Source: a virus
Virus record (IMG/VR): IMGVR_UViG_3300023174_006980
Location: 12,720-76,719 of that record
Direction: 5' to 3' (one strand)
Length of the DNA: 64,000 nt
The position numbers and the translations under genes were made by a program. Below the pieces are notes generated by a model. That model had not been told where the DNA came from and ran no database searches. It saw nothing but the letters and a program-made list of their open reading frames with translations. Shown here in pieces: positions 29,635-39,377 of this stretch (position 1 is its first letter; the number at the start of each line of letters is the position of its first letter).

Positions 29635-32415
29635 ATGTCAACATTTACACACACTAGTAAATTTTTAAGCCTTACACCATATGTACTTATGGAGTATAGA
29701 TACGGATCTGAGCCTCATCCGGAGTATCACCCTACAACATACGGATCAACCACTGTTGGATTTGAGAGGATAGTTAACGGATATTTTAATGGAGCAGTTC
29801 AGATCTCTAACCGAGATAGCGATAAAGAAACAACAGGAAATGTTAGGGATTTAAGTGCTGTTCAAATCTCACAAAACACTTTTGTTAGATTGGATATAGA
29901 CAGATTAAAGCAATATTTAGATTATGATAATAAGCTAACAGATGTTGCTAATCTACCTGTACAATTTGATGTTAATCTAAATGTCTATTATGACACAATT
30001 AGATACCATTTCTTAGGCGGATTTGATTTTGGTCTTGCAGATGGTGTTATTTTACAGGTTCAATTTCCAGAAAAATCCGGAAAAAAATCTACAATTTCTC
30101 AGATAACATATCAGAAGGATGACATTGATATTATTAAGTACAATCCAAATCCAATTTATTTTAATGCTGGGATTTATGACAAGTACGTGGAGGTAAAAAT
30201 CCCTAGCTATAATGTTATCACCTATGAATATGAATCACAGGTTCAAGCAGGTACTGCGAATCAAACAGTTGCTTCTAAATTAAGTTCCGATGGATATGGA
30301 TTTGTAAGAAATAATCCATTTACTATTTCCCTTTATGAGATAGAATCGACCCAAAGATTAAATGGATTCTATTACTATAACACTCAAATTGTCTCTACTG
30401 CAACTATGACGCCATTTGATGAATATGGTGATCTTGCTGCTAACATCGTAGAGAATACAACATATGATTATTTTGATTATTATCCCTCATGGAAAGGTAA
30501 TTTCGTAGAGGATTTTATTTATGTCGAGGAAAGTTTAGGAAATAGCTATTATATTATACATGATATTGAGCTCTCAGAGCAGATTGGATTAAGCTCTATA
30601 ACATCACAGAGATTTCAGACAATACAAACAAAAGATTACAACTCCCCGTATATTTATAGGCCGATAGTAACAAATCCAAGAGCAACAAGTTTTACGATCT
30701 CATATTCTATGAGATTAGTAAATAAATCCAGTAACATTTCTATATTAAGGGTATCAACACTCACCAGCACAGAGGTTGATAAATATGGTCCTGGATTAAA
30801 TAGAATAAATCTTTTACATCAGCCATATCCACAAAAAATATACAATAAGGTTGTTGAGCCTATAGTTTCTAAAGCATACACACTTAATGTTAATCCCCTA
30901 GAAAGAGTGATAACAAAATATGTTCCTGCTTTCTTTGAAAGAGATTCTATTAATATCACAGAGGAGAATTTAACTCTAGATAATCTGGGCGGATTAAAAC
31001 AAGCAGACACCAAAGATGCAACTATAGCATTTGGACAGGGAAAGGCTAAAATTGTTATAAATCCATACGATAACTATTACAAGTTTAGAATATTTACAAA
31101 GAATGATGGCAAGGAAAATACGCTTTTAGATTTAGGAAATAGCACGGAGTTTTATTTAAATTTTGAAGGTGGAAATAATCTAACAGTTAAAGTGCCTAGT
31201 CTTTCAGGAAGTACTTTTCAAAATCCAAATAAGGGAGAATTAGTATTTAAACTCGTTGAGGCTGATTCTAAAAAAATCACATCATTTAGCGGGAGAGACT
31301 TCCATATAGTTGCTAAAACATCTAATGGAATAGAAACTTCATTATACCATGGATATTGGATATTACCTAGCGAAAGGGATCAAAAACCTGTTGCGGTTAC
31401 CGTTGCAACACCTACACCAAATCCTGTTAAGGTAGAAATTGCTCCTGTAAGCACATCTCCAACAACACCAACTGTTAATGTGATACCTCAACAACCATCA
31501 ACATATTTTGATCCTAAGGTTGATCCAGTTATTATAAACGTTCCTCCGGTAGCTACAAACACTACAACCATAGATGAGATTCCTGTAAAACCGGTTAAAC
31601 CTCGTATTGATATAGATGTTAACACGTTAGCAAGAGAAATCAAAATGAGTGAGGATTTGAAAAAGACAGTCAAAGAGATCTGTGATTACTACTTAGTTCC
31701 AGGAAGCCCTGGTAATTCTATGTATACAGGAATAACTAAAATGTTCTTTTTAGATGCAGCAATAATAGTACATCCCAACACAACAAAAGGATTTAAAAGC
31801 GCTAAATTTTTGGAGTATGAACAATATCTAGGAATTAAATATTTAACATATCAGAACACGCCATATACACCTCCGAAGTCAACAACTTCAGGATGCTTTG
31901 CAGCAGGAACGGAAATTACACTTATAGATAATTCTGTAATTGCTATAGAAAAAATAAAAGAGGGTCAGGTCATATTAACATACAACGAGCAGACTGGAAA
32001 CAGAGAGCCTGGTGTTGTTAAAGCATTATTTACACCAATCAAGAATAATTTAGTTCTTCTTTCCCTCTCAAATGGCGTGAGAATTAAATGTACAACTGAA
32101 CATCCAATATGGGCTATAAATAAAGGATGGTCTTCAATAGATCCTTTAAATTCTAAAAAACTACATGACATAGATTCTTTACAGCTTATGGCAGGTGACA
32201 TTTTAACGAATAAGGAGGGAAAGGAAGTAGTTTTAGAAAGTGTAGAAATTTTATCTGAGTCTTTGCAAGATGTTTATAATTTAGGTATTGAAGGAAATCA
32301 CACATATTATGCTAATGGAATACTAGTTCATAATAAGACAGCTTCTGCAACCAATAATGTTGCGACAGGAACAGAGACTTCTAATTATTCCAGTAATAAT
32401 GGAATGTATTATTAA
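29635..32415 (+). CDS. Putative virion protein with Pro/Thr linker and C-terminal Hint (intein-like) domain
   Basis: G|CFAAGTEI (block A), CTTEHP (block B TxxH), VYNLGIEGNHTYYANGILVHN (blocks F/G), then a 26-aa tail. Confidence 0.75.
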   Translation: MSTFTHTSKFLSLTPYVLMEYRYGSEPHPEYHPTTYGSTTVGFERIVNGYFNGAVQISNRDSDKETTGNVRDLSAVQISQNTFVRLDIDRLKQYLDYDNKLTDVANLPVQFDVNLNVYYDTIRYHFLGGFDFGLADGVILQVQFPEKSGKKSTISQITYQKDDIDIIKYNPNPIYFNAGIYDKYVEVKIPSYNVITYEYESQVQAGTANQTVASKLSSDGYGFVRNNPFTISLYEIESTQRLNGFYYYNTQIVSTATMTPFDEYGDLAANIVENTTYDYFDYYPSWKGNFVEDFIYVEESLGNSYYIIHDIELSEQIGLSSITSQRFQTIQTKDYNSPYIYRPIVTNPRATSFTISYSMRLVNKSSNISILRVSTLTSTEVDKYGPGLNRINLLHQPYPQKIYNKVVEPIVSKAYTLNVNPLERVITKYVPAFFERDSINITEENLTLDNLGGLKQADTKDATIAFGQGKAKIVINPYDNYYKFRIFTKNDGKENTLLDLGNSTEFYLNFEGGNNLTVKVPSLSGSTFQNPNKGELVFKLVEADSKKITSFSGRDFHIVAKTSNGIETSLYHGYWILPSERDQKPVAVTVATPTPNPVKVEIAPVSTSPTTPTVNVIPQQPSTYFDPKVDPVIINVPPVATNTTTIDEIPVKPVKPRIDIDVNTLAREIKMSEDLKKTVKEICDYYLVPGSPGNSMYTGITKMFFLDAAIIVHPNTTKGFKSAKFLEYEQYLGIKYLTYQNTPYTPPKSTTSGCFAAGTEITLIDNSVIAIEKIKEGQVILTYNEQTGNREPGVVKALFTPIKNNLVLLSLSNGVRIKCTTEHPIWAINKGWSSIDPLNSKKLHDIDSLQLMAGDILTNKEGKEVVLESVEILSESLQDVYNLGIEGNHTYYANGILVHNKTASATNNVATGTETSNYSSNNGMYY
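31894..32334 (+). other. Hint domain (147 aa, no endonuclease)
   Basis: Starts at Cys (TGC 31894), ends His-Asn (AAT 32332-32334); +1 residue is Lys. Confidence 0.85.
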
Positions 32416-32422
32416 ATAGATT

Positions 32423-32974
32423 ATGTTATTAAACAATAGGCAGAATAGCTTCATATTTACCCTTCCGAAGGGATATTTTTCTAAAGAATTAGAGGAAAAG
32501 TATAGATTGTATGTGGAAAGAATGCCTATACCCTATGACACACTTAGGGACTTTATGAATTCTACCATACAACAGATATCATTTCCTTCATTAAGATCAG
32601 TTGATAGTGTGGAACAAACAAGACCCGGAGGTTTTAAGCAACACTATAAAAGTGCAACTAATATACAAAATCTAATCAGTAGGGATTTCAATGTCACTTT
32701 TAAACTAGGTGAGGGGATGATCAACTATTGGATCATGTATGAATCTATGCTAGAATTTTTAGATTTTCAAAATAAGAAAGAATATCTACCCGATATGACT
32801 TTAAGACTTCTCGATAACGAGGGAGTTATAATGTCAAGTATAGAATTTGAGCAATCAATATATACATCGCTATCAGAGGTACAGCTAAACTATTCAAGTA
32901 CTACACCTCAATTCTCGACATTCAGTGTGGGATACAAATGTAATTACGTAAAAATAAAACTAGAGATTGGCTAA
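32423..32974 (+). CDS. Tail completion/tube-fold protein (T4 gp3/gp19 superfamily-like)
   Basis: 183 aa; FNVTFKLGEGMINY...MTLRLLD...IEF...TSLSEVQLNY...FSVGY pattern of tail-tube-fold proteins. Confidence 0.55.
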   Translation: MLLNNRQNSFIFTLPKGYFSKELEEKYRLYVERMPIPYDTLRDFMNSTIQQISFPSLRSVDSVEQTRPGGFKQHYKSATNIQNLISRDFNVTFKLGEGMINYWIMYESMLEFLDFQNKKEYLPDMTLRLLDNEGVIMSSIEFEQSIYTSLSEVQLNYSSTTPQFSTFSVGYKCNYVKIKLEIG

Positions 32975-33632
32975 TATATTAGGAATTGATTTTTCATTAA
33001 ATTCCCCAGCCTGGTGCCTATTAACGCCAGAAGGATCTAAATGGGGAACATTTCACCGCACAACAAAAAAAATTGATAGGATGATGGTTAATGAGACCTC
33101 TCCTTTTAAAATATTTAATGAAAATCCGCACTTTAGTGTAAAGGTGATAGAGAAATTTAAGTTAGAGGGGGAGTATTTTGTTATAGAAAAGAAAAAGATA
33201 GAGAATTTTATAGAGATATCCGAAGAGTTTGTTGGTATGATGGAACCTCATATTGATTCAGACACTAAGATATTTATGGAGGGAATTAGTTTTGGTAGTT
33301 CAGGTAATTCATTAATTGATATATCAATGGCAACAGCATTAGTTAGGAAGAGACTAGTTGAAATAGTGGGATTCCAAAATTTAAACATATATTCTCCTAC
33401 CTCCATTAAAAAATTTGCACTTAAGGGAAATTCTAAAAAAGATGAACTTTACATTCAATTATTGGATAAATATAAGGATAATAAAAATTTAGAACCTTTA
33501 GTAAAAATATTGGAACAAAATAAAGGAATATGGATAAAGAATAGTAAAGAGGTTGAAACACCATGCTCAGATTTAATAGATGCAACATGGATCAGTCTTT
33601 TTGGAAAGCATATTTTAGGAGAAACTTTTTAG
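32967..33632 (+). CDS. RuvC-like Holliday junction resolvase/nuclease
   Basis: ILGIDFSLNSPA, IFMEG, PTSIKKFA, DLIDA (D/E/D-D RuvC catalytic pattern); TTG start. Confidence 0.75.
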   Translation: MANILGIDFSLNSPAWCLLTPEGSKWGTFHRTTKKIDRMMVNETSPFKIFNENPHFSVKVIEKFKLEGEYFVIEKKKIENFIEISEEFVGMMEPHIDSDTKIFMEGISFGSSGNSLIDISMATALVRKRLVEIVGFQNLNIYSPTSIKKFALKGNSKKDELYIQLLDKYKDNKNLEPLVKILEQNKGIWIKNSKEVETPCSDLIDATWISLFGKHILGETF

Positions 33633-33650
33633 AATCATTTAGGTATAAAT
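33621..33650 (+). promoter_or_regulatory. GAAAC-N18-TATAA putative early/middle promoter
   Basis: GAAACtttttagaatcatttaggTATAAat upstream of gp32; related motifs at 42210, 45255, 46074 and 55822. Confidence 0.45.
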
Positions 33651-33690
33651 TTAGTAAACAACAATTTAAATAATAAAAATTAAGAAAAAC

Positions 33691-34659
33691 ATGGAAACAT
33701 TTGACATCTTTAGTTTAGACAACGAAGACTTTTTAAAACCAGAAGCAACAACAGGAACAGGCGATTCAAGTATCTACAAGCCTTACCCAGAATTAGGAAA
33801 AGACGGGGTTTACAAATCCCTTATCCGCTTTATTCCTAACGTAGCAAATCCAAAAAAATCAAAAATCCACAAGTATTACGTTTGGTTAAAAGACCCTGCA
33901 GACGGAAGTAATTTTGTTGCTGATTGTCCATCAACAGTGGGAAAAAAATCAATTCTTAAAGACATCTTTTGGAAATTGAAAAATTCTGCATCTGCAAAGG
34001 ATCAAGAGCTTGCAAAATCATTTGCTCGTAAGGAAGATTATTATTCTCTTATTCAAATCGTAAAGGATCCAAATAAACCTGAATTAGAGGGTAAAGTAAT
34101 GATCTTTAAATTTGGTAAGAAAGTTGCAGATCTTATTGAACAACAAATTAAACCAGAATACGGTACACCTTGTAATCCTTATGATCTTTTTGAAGGAAAG
34201 AATTTTGGAATACATGTAAGAAAAGTAGGAGACTGGAACAATTATGATCTTTGTCAATTTGTTGGAGACAAATGTCCTATTAACATAAATGGTATACCTG
34301 TAGAAAAAACAGAAGAATTCCAAAAAACAATTGTAGAATATTTAAAATCAGGTCCACAAGACATGGCTGAAAAATATGACTATAAGGAATGGTCTGATTC
34401 TGATAGAGATAGAATAACATCTATTATCAGAAATACAGTTCCAGACGGAAGAATGCTATCTGACATACTTTCAGGATCCCCAGACTCTAAAGGTTCGTCT
34501 AGTACATCCTCAAACCCTATCAAAAAAGAACCGAAGAAAGATGCTTCAGCAGACTTTTTCTCAGACACTAAAGCTGTAGAGGAATCTGAAGTTGTGACTT
34601 CTTCCCCTAAAAAATTCCAATCTTCCAGTAGTCTTGATGACTTGTATAATGATCTCTAA
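33691..34659 (+). CDS. 32: Single-stranded DNA-binding protein, T4 gp32-like
   Basis: IRFIP, CPSTVGK, VKDPNKPELEGKVMIFKFGKK, NPYDLFEGKNF, WNNYD; acidic tail LDDLYNDL. Confidence 0.9.
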   Translation: METFDIFSLDNEDFLKPEATTGTGDSSIYKPYPELGKDGVYKSLIRFIPNVANPKKSKIHKYYVWLKDPADGSNFVADCPSTVGKKSILKDIFWKLKNSASAKDQELAKSFARKEDYYSLIQIVKDPNKPELEGKVMIFKFGKKVADLIEQQIKPEYGTPCNPYDLFEGKNFGIHVRKVGDWNNYDLCQFVGDKCPININGIPVEKTEEFQKTIVEYLKSGPQDMAEKYDYKEWSDSDRDRITSIIRNTVPDGRMLSDILSGSPDSKGSSSTSSNPIKKEPKKDASADFFSDTKAVEESEVVTSSPKKFQSSSSLDDLYNDL

Positions 34660-34680
34660 TTAATTAAATTATGAGACCAT

Positions 34681-35733
34681 ATGCAAAAGCTAGGATTAGA
34701 AGACGTGAAAGGACTTGTTCTGAAAGTTCTCCAGAAAGAATTTCCTGGGGATACTAATAGACAAAAGATTTATCAATCAAAAGATAGGTTAAACTTTTCT
34801 TGTCCATACTGTAGAGATTCAAATGACCCTAGAAAAAAGAGAGGCAATCTATATTTAGAGAGCCTCTCTTTTAAATGTTATAATGGAGGGTGCGGTAATT
34901 TCAGAGACCTGATAGGATTTCTCTATGACTACGGACTAAAAAAAGAATTAACTCCAGATCAGATTGAGGATGCTAAGAACACAATAGCATCCAAGAAAAC
35001 TAACAGAAGGTTATCTGCTAGTGTTGATGTTTTTATTCTGGATAATTATAGAGATATAATAATACCTAGAGAATTATATAAAGAGAAGCTAAATCTTATA
35101 GAATTACCTAGACCTATTGTGGAATATCTAAGAGGAAGAAATCAAGGTGCGGATGAAAGATACCTTTATGCACCTGATAAAAAATCATTACATATTCTTA
35201 ATCTTACCTCTGATGGGAAATATATTCTAGGTTTACAACTTAGAAATATGAACAAATGGGCTACCAATAAATATTTCACCTATAAGCTAAGTGGTATTTA
35301 TAAAAATCTATTAAGGATAAATAATTCAGAAATAATCTCAAAGGCAGAACAACTAGATCCTATTTCTAATGTTTTTGGATTCTCCTCTGTTGATCTTGAT
35401 AGCATGGTAACAATTTTTGAGGGACCATTAGATTCTTTCCTTTTTCCAAATTCTGTGGGGCTTTGTTCCGTTAATAATCAATTCCCATTTGATATAGAAA
35501 ATAAAAGATGGTTCTTCGACGGAGATGCTGCAGGAAGAGATGCATTAAGAAAAAAATTATCTGAGGGTGAAACTGTTTTTCTCTGGAAGAAATTCTTAGA
35601 TGATAATGGATTACCTGAAAGGGATAAATGGGATTTGAATGATGTTGTTGATTATCTGAGATCAACAGGTAAACAAATTAAAAGATTCGATAAATATTTT
35701 GGAAATTCACCATGGGATCTAATTTTAATATAA
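34681..35733 (+). CDS. 61: DNA primase, T4 gp61-like
   Basis: Zn ribbon NFSCPYCRDS...FKCYNGGCG; TOPRIM IFEGPLDS, FFDGDAAG, KWDLND. Confidence 0.9.
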   Translation: MQKLGLEDVKGLVLKVLQKEFPGDTNRQKIYQSKDRLNFSCPYCRDSNDPRKKRGNLYLESLSFKCYNGGCGNFRDLIGFLYDYGLKKELTPDQIEDAKNTIASKKTNRRLSASVDVFILDNYRDIIIPRELYKEKLNLIELPRPIVEYLRGRNQGADERYLYAPDKKSLHILNLTSDGKYILGLQLRNMNKWATNKYFTYKLSGIYKNLLRINNSEIISKAEQLDPISNVFGFSSVDLDSMVTIFEGPLDSFLFPNSVGLCSVNNQFPFDIENKRWFFDGDAAGRDALRKKLSEGETVFLWKKFLDDNGLPERDKWDLNDVVDYLRSTGKQIKRFDKYFGNSPWDLILI

Positions 35734-35930
35734 CGAGGGAAGATTTAGACAGAATCGAAAGTAAGAAAGGAAAGCTTAAGTCAATCATTTCTTATAAGGT
35801 AGATGAATCTTTAGAAATGCCCGATCTGGAAAAAAACTTTACTCCGCAGGAGATAAAGAGCAGCAAAGCAATAAAAAAAGAAATAGTTGATTTAAGAAAA
35901 AAGAAAAATAAAAGCAATAAACTTATATGA
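35712..35930 (+). CDS. Small basic hypothetical protein
   Basis: 72 aa; fills the gap between primase and UvsY, ATGA overlap with uvsY. Confidence 0.55.
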   Translation: MGSNFNITREDLDRIESKKGKLKSIISYKVDESLEMPDLEKNFTPQEIKSSKAIKKEIVDLRKKKNKSNKLI

Positions 35931-36364
35931 GTGATATACAAGATTTTGAAGAAAAATTCACAGGAGAGAGGTCTGAATGGACTGAAAGAATTAGAGAACT
36001 TTCTATACGTATGAGAAATATCAGAGAGATAGGAGAGGTCCAAGTTGAACTCTATTCGGATAGACAAAAACTTCTTGAGTATGCATATAAGCTTGGCCAA
36101 GTTCTTAGTAAATTAAATGCTAAGTATAGAGCGGATAAGAAAACTAAGATGATGTATTATTCAGAGGAACATAATGTTAGATATGGCTCCAACGAAAAAA
36201 CAACTTTAATAGATGGAGATCTATCTGAATTAAAAAGAAAAATAGATATAGTAGATAATCAAATGAGTTTTTTAAATGAAACAACAAAAACAGTTGATCA
36301 TTTCCTTTATGGTATAAAATCGCGAATTTCTCTAGAGGAATTTATGAGAGGTGGAATAAAATAA
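35927..36364 (+). CDS. uvsY: Recombination mediator, UvsY-like
   Basis: 145 aa helical protein, MMYYS...IDGDL...IKSRISLEEFMRGG; adjacent to uvsW as in T4-like phages. Confidence 0.65.
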   Translation: MSDIQDFEEKFTGERSEWTERIRELSIRMRNIREIGEVQVELYSDRQKLLEYAYKLGQVLSKLNAKYRADKKTKMMYYSEEHNVRYGSNEKTTLIDGDLSELKRKIDIVDNQMSFLNETTKTVDHFLYGIKSRISLEEFMRGGIK

Positions 36365-36372
36365 TTATTTTA

Positions 36373-37899
36373 ATGATTAAATTTATAGTTTCCGAAGATT
36401 TACAATGGCTTATATTAAATGACTATAATGAGGAAGTTGATAAAAAACAGCTTGAGCTATCTTTAACAAGAAAAATACATAATCACTTTTTCCATCCATT
36501 GGTGAAGAAAAAAATATGGAATGGTGAAATATGTTTCATAGATAAAAAAGGACCCCTATGGAGAATACCTATAGGATTATGGAGTGAGGTTTTTGATATA
36601 GGAGAAAAATATAAAATAGAAATAGAGGTTATAGGTCTGGATCATATTATTGATAACACCCTTACTCTTGAAGACTTTACCCTATGGGCAAATGATTTTT
36701 TCAAAGATAAAGAATTAAAACCAAGAGATTATCAGATAGAAGCTGCTTGGAAAATAGTTAGATTTAGATTCTCTTGTCTTGAAATTGCAACATCATCAGG
36801 AAAGACCCTTATAGCTTTTATAGTTCTAGCTTACCTTAAGAATATAAGGGGTATTAATAAATTCCTTATGATAGTTCCTAATACAACACTTATTCTTCAG
36901 GGATCTGAGGATTTTGAAGGGTATGGTTTAAAAGAACTAGATAACTGCGATATACAATTAATTCATGGCGGTAACAAAAATAAAATATCTGGTGGATTAA
37001 TGATAGGAACTTATCAATCATTAGTTAAGCAGGAAGACTCTTTTTTTGAAGGAGTTGAAGCAATATTTGTGGATGAGTCCCATCAGACTTCGGCAAAATC
37101 AATCAAAGATGTTATATCAAAGTGTAAAGATTCTAGATATAGATTTGGTCTTTCTGGTACACTTACTAATAGAAATACTGCAGAGCATTTAACTATACAG
37201 CAATTTTTAGGTCCTTTAGTCATGGAGATAAGTCCAAAATTTTTATTTGATAACAAATATGCAACCCCTGTTTCCATAAAGATAGTAAAGATGGACTGGC
37301 TTGATAATGATATAAAAAGGAAGCTATATGATCTAAGAAAAAATAAGAGTGAAATAGAGGGTAATGAAATATTTTCCATAGAAAGAAAGCTAGTTGTATC
37401 CTCTGATAAAAGACTTAATTATATAGTGGATTTCGTTGCTAAAACAAGCAAGAATTCTTTAGTGCTTTTCCAGTCAGTGGGTGACGGATACGGGAAAAGA
37501 ATTTATGATATTCTAAGGGAGATCCAGGCGGAAAAAGAAATCTATTATGTTGATGGAGACACTGATCCACAGCAGAGGGATTATTTTAAAAACAAAATGG
37601 AAGAAGGAGTTAATAAAGTAATGGTTGCCAGCTTTGGTACACTAAGTACTGGGGTATCTATGAAGAACATACACAATATATTTCTGACCGAATCCTATAA
37701 GTCAGAGGTTTTAATTAAACAAAGTCTAGGTAGGGGTATGAGACTGTATGAAGGTAAGGAGAAGGTAAATATCATAGATTTTGTTGACGATTTCTCATGT
37801 GAGGGATCTGATAACTATCTTATGAAGCATTCCAATGAAAGGATAGAGATCTACAAAAGGGAAAAATTCGAATATAAAATATACAACGTCAAGCTTTAG
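36373..37899 (+). CDS. uvsW: SF2 DNA helicase UvsW
   Basis: PRDYQ, ATSSGKT, DESH, FGLSGT, SFGTLSTGVS, QSLGRGMR, DFVDD. Confidence 0.93.
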   Translation: MIKFIVSEDLQWLILNDYNEEVDKKQLELSLTRKIHNHFFHPLVKKKIWNGEICFIDKKGPLWRIPIGLWSEVFDIGEKYKIEIEVIGLDHIIDNTLTLEDFTLWANDFFKDKELKPRDYQIEAAWKIVRFRFSCLEIATSSGKTLIAFIVLAYLKNIRGINKFLMIVPNTTLILQGSEDFEGYGLKELDNCDIQLIHGGNKNKISGGLMIGTYQSLVKQEDSFFEGVEAIFVDESHQTSAKSIKDVISKCKDSRYRFGLSGTLTNRNTAEHLTIQQFLGPLVMEISPKFLFDNKYATPVSIKIVKMDWLDNDIKRKLYDLRKNKSEIEGNEIFSIERKLVVSSDKRLNYIVDFVAKTSKNSLVLFQSVGDGYGKRIYDILREIQAEKEIYYVDGDTDPQQRDYFKNKMEEGVNKVMVASFGTLSTGVSMKNIHNIFLTESYKSEVLIKQSLGRGMRLYEGKEKVNIIDFVDDFSCEGSDNYLMKHSNERIEIYKREKFEYKIYNVKL

Positions 37900-37928
37900 T
37901 CACTTCTTGTTTTTATTGCTATCATTTG

Positions 37929-37936
37929 GATATATA
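37929..37936 (+). promoter_or_regulatory. GATATATA putative late promoter
   Basis: tgGATATATAaaataaaaaagcATG. Confidence 0.65.
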
Positions 37937-37948
37937 AAATAAAAAAGC

Positions 37949-38653
37949 ATGAAGCACTTAGACTCGTTTGACTTATTTGAGGGCAAGAATCCTTTTAAAA
38001 AATATAATTCCTACGAATATTATTCCGGGAATAAAGCCCAACCTGGATATGGACAGTTTCTTTATGATTTTTTTAAAGGAATGAATGACAGATTTAAAGC
38101 ATTTAATAGTTACTATAAGAGTAATATAGCTGCAACGAATGTTAATGGTGTGAAGATAGACACTGGTTTAGGCTGGTTAATAGGAACAGCAGGGGATCTA
38201 GCAACATCAATACCTATGAAAATATTTGAGCCCTCTAAGCTTTATAATAAGGTGGATAATAAAGACCCATTAAAAAACAAAAAATCAACGTTTCCGTCGG
38301 GATCTACTGGTTCTACATCTAAACTTAAAACACCAAAAAGTGAAGCTGAGGTTACCCCAGAACATCAAAGACTCCTAAGCAACAATTTTATAAAAAATGA
38401 TTTGTCTAAGATTAATAGCGATGAAGATATGCAAAACTATGTAGAAAAATTCTATAAGGATCTGGGTGTTAAACCAGGAATGAGCAAAAGCGCTGATAAT
38501 GCAACGACAAACATGGTTACATCTTGGTATAATAAAAGAAGTGGAAGAATGCCCACTATTGCTAGCGACACAATGACATCAAGCGAGATTGATGCTGCTC
38601 AGAGAGAGGGAGATGGAGCGGAAGCTTTATCAACTTTTTCTGTGTTAAAATAA
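37949..38653 (+). CDS. Hypothetical late protein with MKHLDSFDLFE leader
   Basis: 234 aa ORF after GATATATA. Confidence 0.6.
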   Translation: MKHLDSFDLFEGKNPFKKYNSYEYYSGNKAQPGYGQFLYDFFKGMNDRFKAFNSYYKSNIAATNVNGVKIDTGLGWLIGTAGDLATSIPMKIFEPSKLYNKVDNKDPLKNKKSTFPSGSTGSTSKLKTPKSEAEVTPEHQRLLSNNFIKNDLSKINSDEDMQNYVEKFYKDLGVKPGMSKSADNATTNMVTSWYNKRSGRMPTIASDTMTSSEIDAAQREGDGAEALSTFSVLK

Positions 38654-38671
38654 AATAAAATAAAATAGAAA

Positions 38672-38926
38672 ATGAAAAAAGTATCACAAATACAAGAAGG
38701 TTTAAAAACCGAAAGAGAATCAGCTATTACTAAAATAGACGAGACCAATAAGTATTTAACTTTTGCTAAGAAATACTATAAGAAAAGCGGTGTTTCTGGA
38801 CCTTTCGACGAGAAATTCAAGGGAGATAAAAAAGCTCAAGAAAAATTTATGGAGGAATTAGGAAAGGCATGGAAGGAACATAAAAAAAAGGAAGGAATTA
38901 AAACTAGTAGTAACAAACCCTATTAA
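38672..38926 (+). CDS. Small basic hypothetical protein
   Basis: 84 aa; FAKKYYKKSGVSGP...FMEELGKAW. Confidence 0.6.
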   Translation: MKKVSQIQEGLKTERESAITKIDETNKYLTFAKKYYKKSGVSGPFDEKFKGDKKAQEKFMEELGKAWKEHKKKEGIKTSSNKPY

Positions 38927-38948
38927 TTGATCTATAAAGATATAATCT

Positions 38949-39374
38949 ATGCATGATATACTTTACCCAGTTATTGAGCACTATATAGGTGCTGTGGTTT
39001 CGCAGATTAAGAGAAGTAAAAAATTAGTTTTGTTTAAAACTGCTTTAGGACAGGGGGGTTTTATACAAAAGAATGATGATGGAAATTGGGATCTTGTAGT
39101 TGATGATGAAAAGGTAGCAGAAATTGAAAATATATTATTTTCAGTTTTTTCCCAACCTGATAAACATCCACCGATAGATAAGTATTATAAAAAATTATTG
39201 AGTCTAAAGAAAAAAGGATTAAACTATAGATCAGGACTTTTGGTAGACCAATTAATAGAGTCAATAGAAATACTTCTTTTAATAGGCGATGTTAAATTAA
39301 AAAGCCCAGTGTCTTTTGGGCCTTTTTATATTTTTAGTTTGGATAATAAAAAACAAGTTATAGTATTAAATTAG
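38949..39374 (+). CDS. Hypothetical protein
   Basis: 141 aa ORF in operon context. Confidence 0.55.
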   Translation: MHDILYPVIEHYIGAVVSQIKRSKKLVLFKTALGQGGFIQKNDDGNWDLVVDDEKVAEIENILFSVFSQPDKHPPIDKYYKKLLSLKKKGLNYRSGLLVDQLIESIEILLLIGDVKLKSPVSFGPFYIFSLDNKKQVIVLN

Positions 39375-39377
39375 AAT

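Noticed and set aside
31894-32334. Mobile canonical intein
   Set aside because: No homing endonuclease, +1 residue is Lys, and it is not inserted in a conserved enzyme motif.
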